Part shown: piece after piece, positions 25,568 through 38,370 of the stretch
Layout: each line of letters opens with the position of its first letter
How positions within the stretch are numbered: the first letter of the stretch is position 1
Assembly: GCF_001194135.2 (NCBI RefSeq)
Contig: NC_068999.1
Span: 23,523,330-23,587,329 of the forward strand
DNA: 64,000 nucleotides
Direction: 5' to 3'
From: Octopus bimaculoides
Lineage: Eukaryota
Made by a program: the position numbers and the translations under genes
The notes under the pieces: model-generated
What the model saw: the letters and a program-made list of their open reading frames with translations, nothing else
What the model was told of the DNA's origin: nothing
Databases searched by the model: none

Positions 25568-27664
25568 AAAACATTACTTTGTATGATAAAATATACTTAT
25601 GTTTACTATTCATGATAATATTAATTACTTTACATTATATTAGGCTAATATTTTGAAAAATCAATTATGAAGAAATGTTACAAATTAGTATTATATTAAT
25701 CCTATATGCATTTTGTTGCTAAAACTATTGTTGTTGTATTTGCTATTTTTATTAAACAGTCTAATAAGATTTGACTAAGAACAACAATAGCCAATCAAAC
25801 ATTTGGTAGAAATCAACAGAACTAACCCATTGCTCTTGCATCAATTTGGTATGACCAACCCTATCTTGATTATTCTTTGATCATTTGAAAGTTTAGCTCC
25901 TATCCTCCTCCTCCTTTTTTTTCTTATAAAAAGAAATTTTTGTCATGATGTGATATCATTGACATGGAATGCACTTTTTGTTTTCTTGTATAAAATAATG
26001 TAATTCATGAATTTAACAAACTATCTTTTTAGAAAATTACTAAGACAAAATACAAGACTAATACATCAGAACAGAAATAGCTCATCTTTCTCAGTATATT
26101 ACTATTATATCCTTCATTTCACTTACGCTCAGAAATAGTAATCATTTTATTGATACTAAATAGATTGTTCTCATTTTCTAAGCAGAATTCTTATATAAAC
26201 TCATGAGAATTTACAATAATACATCATTGTTAATACAAGAAGATTTGCATAACATAACATGTCATTATAATAAGCTATTACTTAGTAATTATTAATTATA
26301 TTCATAATAAGCATAAGAGAGGAACATGTTCAGGTTTGAACATGTTTAGGCAGCTTGTATGTGTGAATACATGATATCCTACTTCTTTCCCACAATATTT
26401 AAATAGATTTTTTTTTTAATTCTTCATCATTATATTTAAGTCATTAAACTAAGATTAAATTACACCATGCTTCTGACATCAAGTTTTCAAAAGAATAACA
26501 TTTCAAACATCCACTAATGGAGTAATGAAGCAAATTGGCATTCATGTTTTAAATGAATTTTATGTTCATACATGTAGTGGCATGTAGTTTTTGCAATCAA
26601 TTCTATATTTACCATCCATTCAATTAAAGGATTCAGAATAATTGATCTTTGATGATAAACAAACAAGATCTGCTTCTTTCTATTTCATTTCTAATATATT
26701 TCAAACCTGTTTTTCCTCTCCTTGGAAATGATTATCTGGAATCCTTTTATCTGGATCATGTTAGATGATCACAATATTACAAATATCAAAATAGATACCA
26801 GTAAAATATTGCTTTCAAATTTTGGCACAAAGCCAGCAATTTTAGGGGAGAGGATAAGTCAAAAACATTGACCCCAGTATTCAAGTGATACTTATTTTAT
26901 TGATCCGAAAAAATAAAAGGCAAAGTTGACCTTGAGAGAAACTGAACTCAGAATGTAAAGGTGTAGGAAATGCTGTTAAGCATTTTGCCTGGCATGCTAA
27001 TGATTCTGCCAGCTCACTACCTTGTAGTGCCAGTAAAATATTGCATTCAATTTGAAGTCAGAATAAGACCAAAAGCAGGTCTGCATCTGTTTTTCATACT
27101 TGTCAGAACAACTTAAAGTAATACTTGTCGTTGGCTAATACCATATTTTCTATCACTGCATATTAATTTGTATTTAGTGTTTTAAGCTTTCATGCATTAA
27201 ATATGTTCACATGAACTCCCTTCTTGTTTTTGATGTGGATTGTGTCCCTGAATTATTTAATATCTATGCTATTCTATTTTCATATTGCAATAAAAGGACA
27301 ATCCTGTATATCTACTTTTTGTCATACATACATGCATATATACATACATGTGTGTGTGTGTGTGTGTATAAATAAATACATACAAATATATATATATAGA
27401 GGCAGAAAGAGATAGGCAAATGGTCATACAGTCAGACAGACAGAAAGAAAGAGTGAAAGTGGGAGGGAGGGAAAGGTATTGACAATATGGCTGAGAGAAA
27501 ATACCGCAGGGGCATATGTTGTGCATACTAAATACAAATAAGTTAAGATTTTAAATATATAAAATACTGAGTTGAGAAATTCTGATCAACTAAGATTATC
27601 TGTGCAATTTGTAGACAAAGACGCCCTCTATAGGTGTTTAAAATCTTTAAAGAAAAAAAACATA

Positions 27665-28055
27665 AATGCAGGTGTGGCAGTGTGATAAGAAGTTTGCTTC
27701 CCAACCATATGCTTCTGGGTTCAGACCCACTGCATTGCACCTTGGGCAAGTGTCTTCTATAGCCTCAGGCCAACCAAAGCCTTGCGAGTGGATTTGATTG
27801 ATGGAAACTGAAAGAAGTTCATCATTTATGTGTGTGTGTATGTGTATGTTTGTCCCCCACCATTGCTTGACAACTAGTGCTGGTGTGTTCATGTCTCCAT
27901 TACTTAGCAGTTAGGCAAGAGAGACTGATAGAATAAGTACCAGACTTAGAAAAAAAAAGTACTGGGGTTGATTCATTTGGCTAAAAATTCCTCAAGGCAG
28001 TGCCCCAGCACGACCACAATCTAACGACGGAAACAAGTCAAAGATAAAAGATAAT
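27665..28055 (+). mobile_element. CORE-type tRNA-derived SINE, family B (OR-like)
   Basis: GTGGCAGTGTGATAAGAAGTTTGCTTCC head, CCTTGGGCAAGT core, internal (TG)n. Other copies at about 28520(-), 33330(-), 36460(+), 44745(-), 46060(-), 51540(+), 52300(+), 56080(+), 56790(-), 61830(+) and 62975(+). Confidence 0.85.
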
Positions 28056-28936
28056 AGATTCACTTGACTGAAACTATTTAGTGTTGATATTCATAACTGG
28101 CTCCAGTTCATTCTCTCTATTTGTATCTGTATATTGGTCATTGTTGGTTTTGCCAAAGGAGTAGAATGTGCTTTACTGAGGTGACCTAACAGAAACAAAA
28201 CATTGCTTTCATCATTTGGCTTGAACACCAACCAGATCTACTCCCATTCAATATTCTCCACAGACATCTCAAAAGTAAATAGACACCCTCTAATGCTGTT
28301 TTTATCTGTGCAAATGTTACTCGTTAGTAAAATGATCAAATGGGTTATGTCATTAAAAACTGCATGAGACATGTCTACTTAATACTAGATTAAGTATCTA
28401 AATGTATCAAATGACATAATTCTGTTTCTAGAAATAAATCTTTCAAAAACAAAGTGTCCATTTACTTTTGAAAAGTAAGTGTATATCTAGTATGTGCATT
28501 TGTGTATCTATCTTTCTTCACCTCTTACTTTTTACTTGTTTCTGTCATTAGACTGTGGCCATGTTGGGGCACAGACTTGAAGAATTTTAGTTGAACTGAT
28601 CAACTCCAGTACTTATTTTATTATTTTCTTTTTTGTAAAGCCTAGCACTTTTCTATCAGTCTCTTTTGCCGAACCACTAAGTTACAGGGATGTAAACACA
28701 CTAACACTGGTTGTGAAGCAGTGGTGGGGAATAAGCACATATATGTAGATATATATATATATATTTACAATAGGATTCTTTCAGTTTCTGTCTACCAAAT
28801 CCACTCACAAGGCTATGGTCAGTACACAGCTATAGTAGAAGATACTTGCTCAAGGTGCCATGTAGTGGGACTGAACCTGGCACCATGTGATTGGGAAGCA
28901 AACTTCTTATCACACAACCATGCTTGTGCCTATATA

Positions 28937-28997
<61 letters not shown>

Positions 28998-29279
28998 CAT
29001 CCTCATCATCCATTTTACATCTGTTTTTCCTTGCTTGCTTGGGTTGGAGATATCCTTTCCAGCACTTTTTATTGCATTCTTTCATCATCTTTTTTGTGAG
29101 GTTTTGATATCAGACTTTACTTCTGCCCATATCTTCCTTAATCCTCCTCTTCCACAATTTCCTTCTACTTGTATATCCTAGCACTTCTTTACCTATATGT
29201 TATCCTCTATATGCAATTTTCATTCTTGTACATTCCAATTGATTTTTTTTTTTATACCTGGTTTATCTCTAAGCTCATC

Positions 29280-29690
29280 TGTACAATGTCATCTATGCAT
29301 ATTAACATTACACATACAGCAAAACATGCTTGCTTCATTTTACTTCAAACTTCACACATTCTCATTCCACCCCTATACAGCATTTCTCTTTGTACACAAG
29401 TAACATACTTGTTCTTACATATCAAAGAGAGAAACCTCTTGTTACTAGGAGAATAATACCTTTCTGATCTGTATTTCCAGGCCCTTATTTGGGGTACTAT
29501 GCTTTCAGAACACCCTCCTCTACGGCTGATTAAGTTGTCCAAGTAACAGAAGCTACCAACAGCTTTTGTAGAGCCTTCCAAGCATTGAAAGAGATTTATT
29601 TTATGAGTGCACTGACTAATAACTATTCCCGTACTAATAACTGTTCTACAACGTGCAAAGTCTTTATTCACCATTAGCCTGCCTATATGA
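29280..29690 (-). mobile_element. RTE LINE fragment
   Basis: VGSFCYLDNLISRRGGCSESIV is an RTE thumb motif. Confidence 0.7.
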
Positions 29691-30506
29691 GTGAACTATG
29701 GGTGCACACCTCTGGTGCACCTATATTGCATACACTGTATGTAGTTCCTACCAACTGTTTTTTCTAAATATCAAACACAGCCATTTCCTTGGTTGCAACA
29801 GAGTCCTATCTTCCTTTCTATTTACTAAAACTTTTCACTGAATTATGTGAAGGAAACCCGATCATCAATACTCAAGTTACAAAAGACACAAAGGCAATAT
29901 ATTGAGAAACATCACGGTGATGTTATCATCATCATTGTTTAACGTCTGCTTTCCATGCTGGTATGGGTTGGATGGTTTGACATGGAGCTGGCTAGCAGGG
30001 GGCTGTCTAGATACCAACTCTCTGTTGTGGCATTGTTTCTACAGCTGGATGCCCTTCCTAATGCCAACCACTTTACACTGTGTACTGAGTGCATTTATGT
30101 CTGGCATGGGTACATTTATGCAGTACCGGCATGGATGCTTTTTAAGTGGCACCGGCACCTAAAAGGACAAACCTGTATATATGGAAAGCAGGGATTTTAC
30201 TTAGCTTGACATATCAAGTACAGCAAATCGCCACATCTCCTGGTCCCTTGTCATTTCCTCAGTGAGGTCCCGCATCTGAAGATTCTTTCTCACCAGTTTG
30301 TCCCCCATTCTCCTGAGTCTACCTCTTCCACAGGTATCCTCTACAATTAAAGCTCAGCACTTCTTCATGCAGCGGCATTATAACTCAGTATGGCATACAA
30401 ACCACCCTGGTCATCTTAATGTACCCTTGGTACACACCCTGTCATAAAGGTCATACCTTGCTAAATTAAGAAGTCAGGGATGAGAGAGAATGAGGCAATT
30501 CACCCA

Positions 30507-30553
<47 letters not shown>

Positions 30554-30653
30554 CTAAAGGTGGTACTCCAGCTTGGCTGCAGTCAAAATGAATAAAACGA
30601 GTAAAAGAATAAAAGAATATATACTTTTTATTAAAGCCAAAAAAATCTTCATA

Positions 30654-30695
30654 AATTGTTACTCAAAGTTTCACATTACTGTTCATTGGACAGTT
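30654..30695 (-). ncRNA. Degenerate type I hammerhead ribozyme motif (core mutated, probably inactive)
   Basis: AACTGT-CCAATGA-ACA(GTAA)TGT-GAAA-CT(TTG)AG-TA-ACAATT. Stems I (5/6), II and III are all pairable and GAAA and the GUA site are present. The core reads CCAAUGA instead of CUGAUGA. Confidence 0.55.
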
Positions 30696-30781
30696 GTGAT
30701 GATCACAACTGTCCAATAAATGTTAACCTGTAGCTTTGATTAACAGTTTTGCATTTATGTACTCACTTGTGTGAGTATGTA

Positions 30782-30831
<50 letters not shown>

Positions 30832-31304
30832 GAAAAGTCTTTCTTGAGTCATTCGCTCGTGAGGCCAGTTTCCTGGATTCTGAGGTATATATATATCTAT
30901 CCACCTGGACAGTATGCCAATCCTCACAGAATTACTCATTTTTGTCGGCTGAGTGGAATGAAATATTTTGCTCAAAAATACAATGCATCATCTGGCCCTG
31001 GAATCAAAACCACAATCTTATTAAGAGGATAGCAATGCCCTAACCACTAAGCCCTCCATAAGTATATGTGTGTGTGTGTGTGTGTGCATGATGTAGGCAT
31101 AGCTGTTGTTAAACTCTTGGCTATACAAGAGAGAAAAGCTTAGCTGGAAGGCAAGAGGTAAGGATTGGTGGTTCTTTGGCCACTTCTGCTGATCTGCCAA
31201 CAGGATGAGGCTCAAGAGAAAAACATCCAATTGTTCAACGCTAATGACTGCAGCTTCTTCTTGAAAATGCTACACTTACGAAAGGTGAATGAAGCAGTCC
31301 TTGA

Positions 31305-31442
31305 GCTCTCAGGATCATTGACACATATGTATCAATGATCCTGAGAGCACTGCCAGTGTGTCAATGAGTCAATGATCCTGAGAGCACTGCCAGTGTGTCA
31401 ATGATCACATATGCCAATGATCCTGAGAGCTCTGCCAGTGAG
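31305..31442. repeat. Complex 17-bp inverted repeat plus three direct copies of a 28-29-bp unit
   Basis: GCTCTCAGGATCATTGA (31305-31321) is the perfect reverse complement of 31332-31348. The unit TCAATGATCCTGAGAGCACTGCCAGTGTG occurs at 31332 and 31369, with a variant at 31415. Confidence 0.9.
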
Positions 31443-32064
31443 CACAAACGCCTGGTAAGGTCTCCCATACTGAACAGGTCAAAGGATAGAGGCCAGAAAA
31501 ATAGGGACCATCTTTTCCCTGGAATAAAAATGGGTTTGCCTTCCAACAGCATCGATGACAACTCAAAACCAAAAAGAGCTGGGAGAGGATGACCAAACCT
31601 CAGGGAATCATATGAGGTGAGATACTAAGGCAGAGCAGAAAAAGCAGGGATCCATCTGGAAAGAAACAGACAGACAGACAGCCTAAAACTGAGAACAGGG
31701 GCAAAAATGCTGTTGTTGGTTTATCTCCATGGGGAGCAAAGGGCTTCATAAGAAAGAATAATGAAAGGCAAAGTTGAGCTCAGCAGGATTTGAAATAGAC
31801 TGTAAGAGGCTGTAACTAAATACTATAAGGCATTTTGTTCAAAGTGCAAACAATTTTGCCAGCCCATTGCTGTACTTGATAGTATGACTGACAACTGCTT
31901 GAATTACCACCTGTCAATGCTATAGGGTAAAAGCAAGCAACTGCTAAGTCAGAACTAATGTAGTTTAAATTTTTAGTTATTCTTGTTTCAAGTTCAAATG
32001 AAATTCACAAAGGAATACTGCTTTCACATCAAGAATGGAGCTGGTGTGATACATACATACATTC

Positions 32065-32450
32065 TGTTGTTGTTGGTACTCCGTCGCTTACAACGTCAAG
32101 GTTCCAGTTGATCGATCAATGGAACAGCCTTCTCGTGAAATTAGCGTGCAAGTGGCTGAGCACTCCACAGACAAGTGTACCCTTAATGTAGTTCTCGGGG
32201 ATATTCAGCGTGACACAGTGTGACAAGGCTGACCCTTTGAATTACAGGCACAACAGAAACAGGAAGTGAGAGTGAGAGAAAGTTGTGGTGAAAGAGTACA
32301 GCAGGGTTCGCCACCATCCCCTGCTGGAGCCTCGTGGAGCTTTAGGTGTTTTCGCTCAATAAACACTCACCACGCCCGGTCTGGGAATCGAAACCGCGAT
32401 TCTATGACCACGAGTCCGCTGCCCTAACCAGTGGGCCATTGCGCCTCCAC
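32065..32450 (-). mobile_element. tRNA-derived SINE with (CAA)n tail, relatively young
   Basis: Minus-strand head GGCGCAATGGCCCACTGGTTAGGGCAGCGGACTC..GGTTTCGATTCCCAGACC (A and B boxes) and a CAACAACA tail. Confidence 0.8.
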
Positions 32451-35400
32451 ATCATACTTATATACATACATACATACATTCTAGATCACACTGAAAAGAG
32501 AGCAAACCAACTGATAGTTGGAATCACTCACCTATATATTCTTCACCTTTCATCAAATGATCGGTAGACTTAATCCATTGACTGATTTAACACAACCCTG
32601 AGTATCTCCAGTGTATTCCACCATGTTTCAAGCATCCTCCTTTGATTAATCCTAAAAAAATGACATGTTGTCCCAGCACTCTGCTTTTTCTACTCCTGAA
32701 ATGGCTTCAGCACCTTGGAGCCTGCTAGGTGTGTATCTCCACCCACTCATACTCACAAGACACGCTCATCTCTCTTCCTCTCATCATGTATATTGTGACA
32801 CCTCCCACGCTCTTCAGGTCTTGCACCAAACACTTGGTCTAATCCTTCTTTCTAAAAAGTCATCCTGCCAGAACTTTCTCACTGCACATTTTTCCTGCAG
32901 TATTGACTTGTAGTTGTTCAAGAATTCAAAATAACCATTGATGACATCATTCTCAGGAGGAGAAAAAGTTTTCATGAAGGGACATCCCTCCTCCTGAGCA
33001 AACCATTTAAAATAAAGTCTGTTTCAGTCATACTCTTTACCAAAACAATTAACATCAGGTAATCTAAATGTGAAGTATTAAATCTATGTAGTCAACAAGT
33101 GATGGCTTTGGAGAAGTATACCACTGTAGAACAGTTTAGTGATACTTCACTAAAGAATAGGTTCTAATACTGTAAATAATATGAAATACATTTTGGCATT
33201 GACTCAGCAGTAAATTAAGTAAGATATTACAGCATCCAGCCGTAGAAACCATGCCAAAGCAAACCTCACTGGTACAGGTGCCATGTAAAAAGCACCCAGG
33301 ACACATACATATGACGGGCTTCTTTCAGTTTCCGTCTATCAAATCCACTCACATGGTTTTGGACGGCCTGAGGCTATAGCAGAAAGCACTTGCCCAAGGG
33401 TGGGACTGAACCTGGAACTGTGTGGTTGGGAACAAGCGTCTTACCACACAGCCTATTATAGAGGAACTTCTTAAAATTAAGTCTTCAAAAGAACATTTGA
33501 AATATTGAAAGATTGATTAAACAGAAGTTTGTAAACTGAGTGCGTGACCTAGACTCAATGTTTTTGTAGTCATTTCACTACATCATTAATGACCCTGAAA
33601 ATAGTTTTACCCAATTTCATTTGTCCTGTTCAGTACGTGTATGGTTTTGTAGCTACGAAAAAGGAAAAGAAATATATTAATATGCATCCTCAATGATTAA
33701 GTCGACATTTCGTGAGGATGTTTTTCTCATTATGTATGGTATTTTACTTTTCGTTCTTTGATTTCTGAATTCAAGTTTGCCTTCCACCTTTTCGCAGGTC
33801 GTTAAAACCAATTACATATTTAGTACTTGTATCAATGGTATCAACTAACCCCAACTCCCCTAAAAAGTATTGATTAGTCTTTTATTATCCTTTCTTCAGA
33901 ATATCCCTTAAATGATTATATTTGAGTTAAGCGTTATCCTTTTGACAAGCAATGTTAATTTGAATGAAAGAGAACGTGAGATGAGTGACAGTAAGGCATT
34001 ACCTGATGCGTGTAGACGAGATGAACAACGACGATGATGATAAAGGTGGTGATGGTGATGATGATATTTTCTTTTCAACAAGATCTCTATAAAACAACTG
34101 ACACACATTCCAAATTTTACTTGTCATTTTATTTGTTCTGTGTTACTTTTCAAGTTATTTCAGGGAAAATTGTTTTATGTTTGACCATCTCATTTGACCT
34201 GTCAGTGTGTTTTAAAACATCAAACATCTGTTCATCCCAGCACTGAATAAATTTACCCCTTCCACGTCGTTTAGTTAGAAGTAAGCTATAGGAAGTAGTA
34301 ATGAGGCTTTAAAAACTACAATAGTGCAGTGCTCTGCTCAAGGCCTTAAAATATCGATATCGAAGTGCAAAAAACAGTCAAGCTGTTGCCATTGAAACAG
34401 TCAACACATTGAAATCACTTCTACCGTGCATTCGATACCAGAAATGTTTTTAATCACTAAAGCAAACCTTTAATATATGCTAACATTGCTGTTTATTTAT
34501 AAAATTTATGACGTACCCAAGGAAAACACGTCTTCGTGGATTTCCCTAACATATATGGTAAAAAGCTTTCTAAATGATGGTTAAAATACGACAAATTACC
34601 TACGAAACTTGAGATTGCTTTATAAAACAGGTAAGCTTCTAATGTTAGCTTATTTTATTGTTTTATTGAATTATGTACTTGCGAACTTTATATTAACATC
34701 AACTTGTTGAATATCGGAAAATTCATATTGAGCTGTCAACAGTTCATTTTTATTTGGTTTCTGTAAATATCCATATCAAACTATTGTGATTTCTTTAGCT
34801 TTTCTTGGCATTTTCCATGTTTTACCTTTGATACGGATTAAAGGGTCCACGCATCTATAACTTAGCCGAGGTTTAGCAAGAAATTGTTTAGTTTTTCAAG
34901 TTTTTGTTTGATTGATTGTTTGTTTGTTTTTTATGGCGGGTGTATTCTGTTAGGAGTCGATATTATTACTGTTAGTTTGCTACGAGGAAATAACATTATG
35001 CCATATTCAAACTAAAGGTATTTTATTCAAAAGCTAGACTTCACTTAGTTTATGATCAGAATGCAAAATTTTCAAAAATATTATGTGACAGTCAGATTCA
35101 AAATCTTATTTTAAATGCATTATTACATCATAAATAGAGATAATGCGAAACAAAATCTCATTTATGCTAATACAAAACACAAAGGAAGAATTACATTTAA
35201 TACGTGTGTAACTATGCACAATAACGCGAACACTTGTTGATGTTTGCTATTGCATTCATTTTCTCCCTACGTGAATTTTTCTTTATTTAATGGATCTGTT
35301 CCACTTGGATCTCTCTATTTCTTTTTAACCTTCTCAAAGGAAAACCAGTGGAATATATGAATATTCTTTTCAACTCTAGGCATAAGGCCCGAAATTTTTG

Positions 35401-35788
35401 GGGAGGGGGCCCAGTCGATTAGATCGACCTCAGTACGCAACTGGTACTTAATTTATCCACCCCGAAAGGATGAAAGGCAAAGTCGACCTCGGAAGAATTT
35501 AAACCCAGAACGTAGTGACAGACGAAATACCACTAAGCATTTCGCCCGGCGTGCTAACGTTTCTGCCAGCTCGCTGCCTTGGAATATATCGCCAAAATAA
35601 ATATTATTCTCAAAAACATCAGCAATATTTCATTTCTAAATAATCGCATCATGTACTTAGATTCCACTCGTTCCAAGCTGGTCTGTTTTAGAAAATATAG
35701 CCAATTCATTGGATATAACCAGAGTACATGCTAGAATGTTTTGATCTGTGAGTGGCTCTAATGTGACCCTTGTCCTCTCTGGCGAAGG

Positions 35789-35860
35789 TAAAGAATACGC
35801 GCACCACCCGTTTTCTGCGGTTAGGATTGCGCTGAAAACGGGTGGTGTGCGTATTCTTTA
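35789..35860 (+). other. Near-perfect 27-bp stem hairpin (pre-miRNA-like or TE-derived palindrome)
   Basis: TAAAGAATACGCGCACCACCCGTTTTC pairs with GAAAACGGGTGGTGTGCGTATTCTTTA (26 Watson-Crick pairs and 1 G-U), 18-nt loop. Confidence 0.85.
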
Positions 35861-38370
35861 TCCCCACCGAAAACATTTCTTTTGTACCATTCGACTTCTC
35901 CAAATATCCATTGAAAAGCGTATCCATCCAATAAACTTTTGTTTACGACGACGACAAAAAAAAAATTCTGAAAAAGAACAATCCCAGCTCTCATCGATTT
36001 TATCCATACTGTTAGTATCAATTCCCCCAGTTCCCTTTAACACTGATCTCAACCTATTCACAATAAACGTCTCTATGGAAATCACACGCTAGTCAATAAA
36101 TTATGTCTGCTCTCAAATAAGATGTCAGCAATTCAGAGACATGGATGTTGTTGACCTGTTAAATTACAAATCCAGGTATTTAATAACAGCATCCGTTTTT
36201 CAATTATTCAATATCAACACAGGATAAAACTTAATTCTGTGAAGAAAAGTTTGTTGGATTTCTCTCTCGCTTGTGTTCTACTAGTATTGTATTATTGATT
36301 CAATAAGTAGTAGTGAATTAATAAAAGGTTTGAGGAAGTCCTGCCTAAAACCATGTTTAATATTAATGTGGAAAAGAAAACTGATGAGTTGGAAAGTTTG
36401 GGTCAACTGGGAAAGACTTCAACTGAGATTATCCAAGCAATTAGTAAACAAAAGCTTCTAGGCGTGGCTGTGTGGTAAGAAGTTTGCTTCTCGACTCATG
36501 GTTTCGTGTTCAATGCTACCGCGTGGCACTTTGGGCAAGTGTTTCCTACTCTAGCCTTATGTTAACCAAAGACTTGTGAGTGGGCTTAGTTAATAGAACA
36601 GCAATGTTTCGTTGGGGAACGAAACCTTGCCGACAGAAACTGGAAGAAGCCTGTCGCGCGTGTATGTGCGTGTGTGTTTGCACACCACCGCCGCTTGACA
36701 ACTGATATTGGTTTGTTTACCGACACGTTACTTTGCCGTTCGGTAAAAGAGACTGATAGAATAAGTATTAGGCTTAATAGGACTGCGGGCGATTTGTTCT
36801 ATTAAACCCTTTAAGACGGTGCTCCAGCATGGCTAAAACAAGTAAAAGATTAAAAAAATATATATATATGTGATATATAAAACAAACAAGCAAGTTGTGT
36901 GACTACCCCAATAGTCGGAAAGAATAACAATTGGATGCCGTCTAAATTTATTTACAAGTTCAGATGCTGTCTTGATTTATTTTCAAATTCAGATTCTTAT
37001 ATCAACAACACCTATCCTTCATTTATAAAGTGAGCAGTTTTGAATGGAACTGTCCAATATTTTTGAAAAATACGCATTTAGACTGTAATTTTCTTTCCTT
37101 TTTGTGTGTTTTTTGCCCCCTTTTTTTTATCCCTTGCTAAACAGCCTTAATATTTGCACATTGTGTTAGCTTAATAGGGGAGAAAAAAAACGATTTCTCT
37201 CTCTAATTTAAACTTAAGGACATGTTTATTGATGTTTTATTCCTCCTCGTACTTTTATTTCCCTTCCCATTACTTCTGTATTGATCTATTCGGTTAAAAT
37301 AAATATCCTACATCCTACACTAGGGCAATTTATTCAGTTGACAATTACCTCTGAATCGTGTTGTCCTTTCTATCATTTGATAATTTGAATTGCATGTCTC
37401 CTTTTAAAAAAAAATGGAAATGGTCTTTCGTTATAAGTACGTAAAATGGTCGAAAAAAGTGAAAGAGAAGTTTCGAATATTTTGATGTCTTTCACTTACA
37501 GATATTGCGATTATAATACAAATTTATTGATAAACTAAAAGGCTATTGCAACCGAAATCGCGTATATATTATGAATATTACACAAGCGCGCATATATGCA
37601 TATGTGCTAAGGAAAACATACACTTTACCTGATGTTTTGACAGATTCCGAATAATTTATTTGTAAAGCATTTTTGTNNNNNNNNNNNNNNNNNNNNNNNN
37701 NNNNNNNNNNNNNNNNNNNNNNNNNNNNNNNNNNNNNNNNNNNNNNNNNNNNNNNNNNNNNNNNNNNNNNNNNNNNNNNNNNNNNNNNNNNNNNNNNNNN
37801 NNNNNNNNNNNNNNNNNNNNNNNNNNNNNNNNNNNNNNNNNNNNNNNNNNNNNNNNNNNNNNNNNNNNNNNNNNNNNNNNNNNNNNNNNNNNNNNNNNNN
37901 NNNNNNNNNNNNNNNNNNNNNNNNNNNNNNNNNNNNNNNNNNNNNNNNNNNNNNNNNNNNNNNNNNNNNNNNNNNNNNNNNNNNNNNNNNNNNNNNNNNN
38001 NNNNNNNNNNNNNNNNNNNNNNNNNNNNNNNNNNNNNNNNNNNNNNNNNNNNNNNNNNNNNNNNNNNNNNNNNNNNNNNNNNNNNNNNNNNNNNNNNNNN
38101 NNNNNNNNNNNNNNNNNNNNNNNNNNNNNNNNNNNNNNNNNNNNNNNNNNNNNNNNNNNNNNNNNNNNNNNNNNNNNNNNNNNNNNNNNNNNNNNNNNNN
38201 NNNNNNNNNNNNNNNNNNNNNNNNNNNNNNNNNNNNNNNNNNNNNNNNNNNNNNNNNNNNNNNNNNNNNNNNNNNNNNNNNNNNNNNNNNNNNNNNNNNN
38301 NNNNNNNNNNNNNNNNNNNNNNNNNNNNNNNNNNNNNNNNNNNNNNNNNNNNNNNNNNNNNNNNNNNNNN

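Noticed and set aside
24788-26750. Minus-strand microexon-like segments at about 26707-26750, 26477-26524, 26128-26156, 25321-25349 and 24788-24816
   Set aside because: On recounting, the phases do not chain (26707-26750 ends in phase 0 but the next needs phase 2). This shows how often chance splice-like motifs occur here.
31332-31442. CRISPR-like appearance of 29-bp direct repeats (also the 26-bp array at 52739-52866)
   Set aside because: The context is eukaryotic, there are no unique spacers of regular length, and there are no cas genes.
32952-32998. 11-bp inverted repeat CTCAGGAGGAG/CTCCTCCTGAG
   Set aside because: It is short, has a 25-nt spacer and lacks TSD or other context, so it is compatible with chance.
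36355-36460. Short ORF MFNINVEKKTDELESLGQLGKTSTEIIQAISK, faintly like a mariner HTH start
   Set aside because: Too short, with no TIR or downstream transposase motif.
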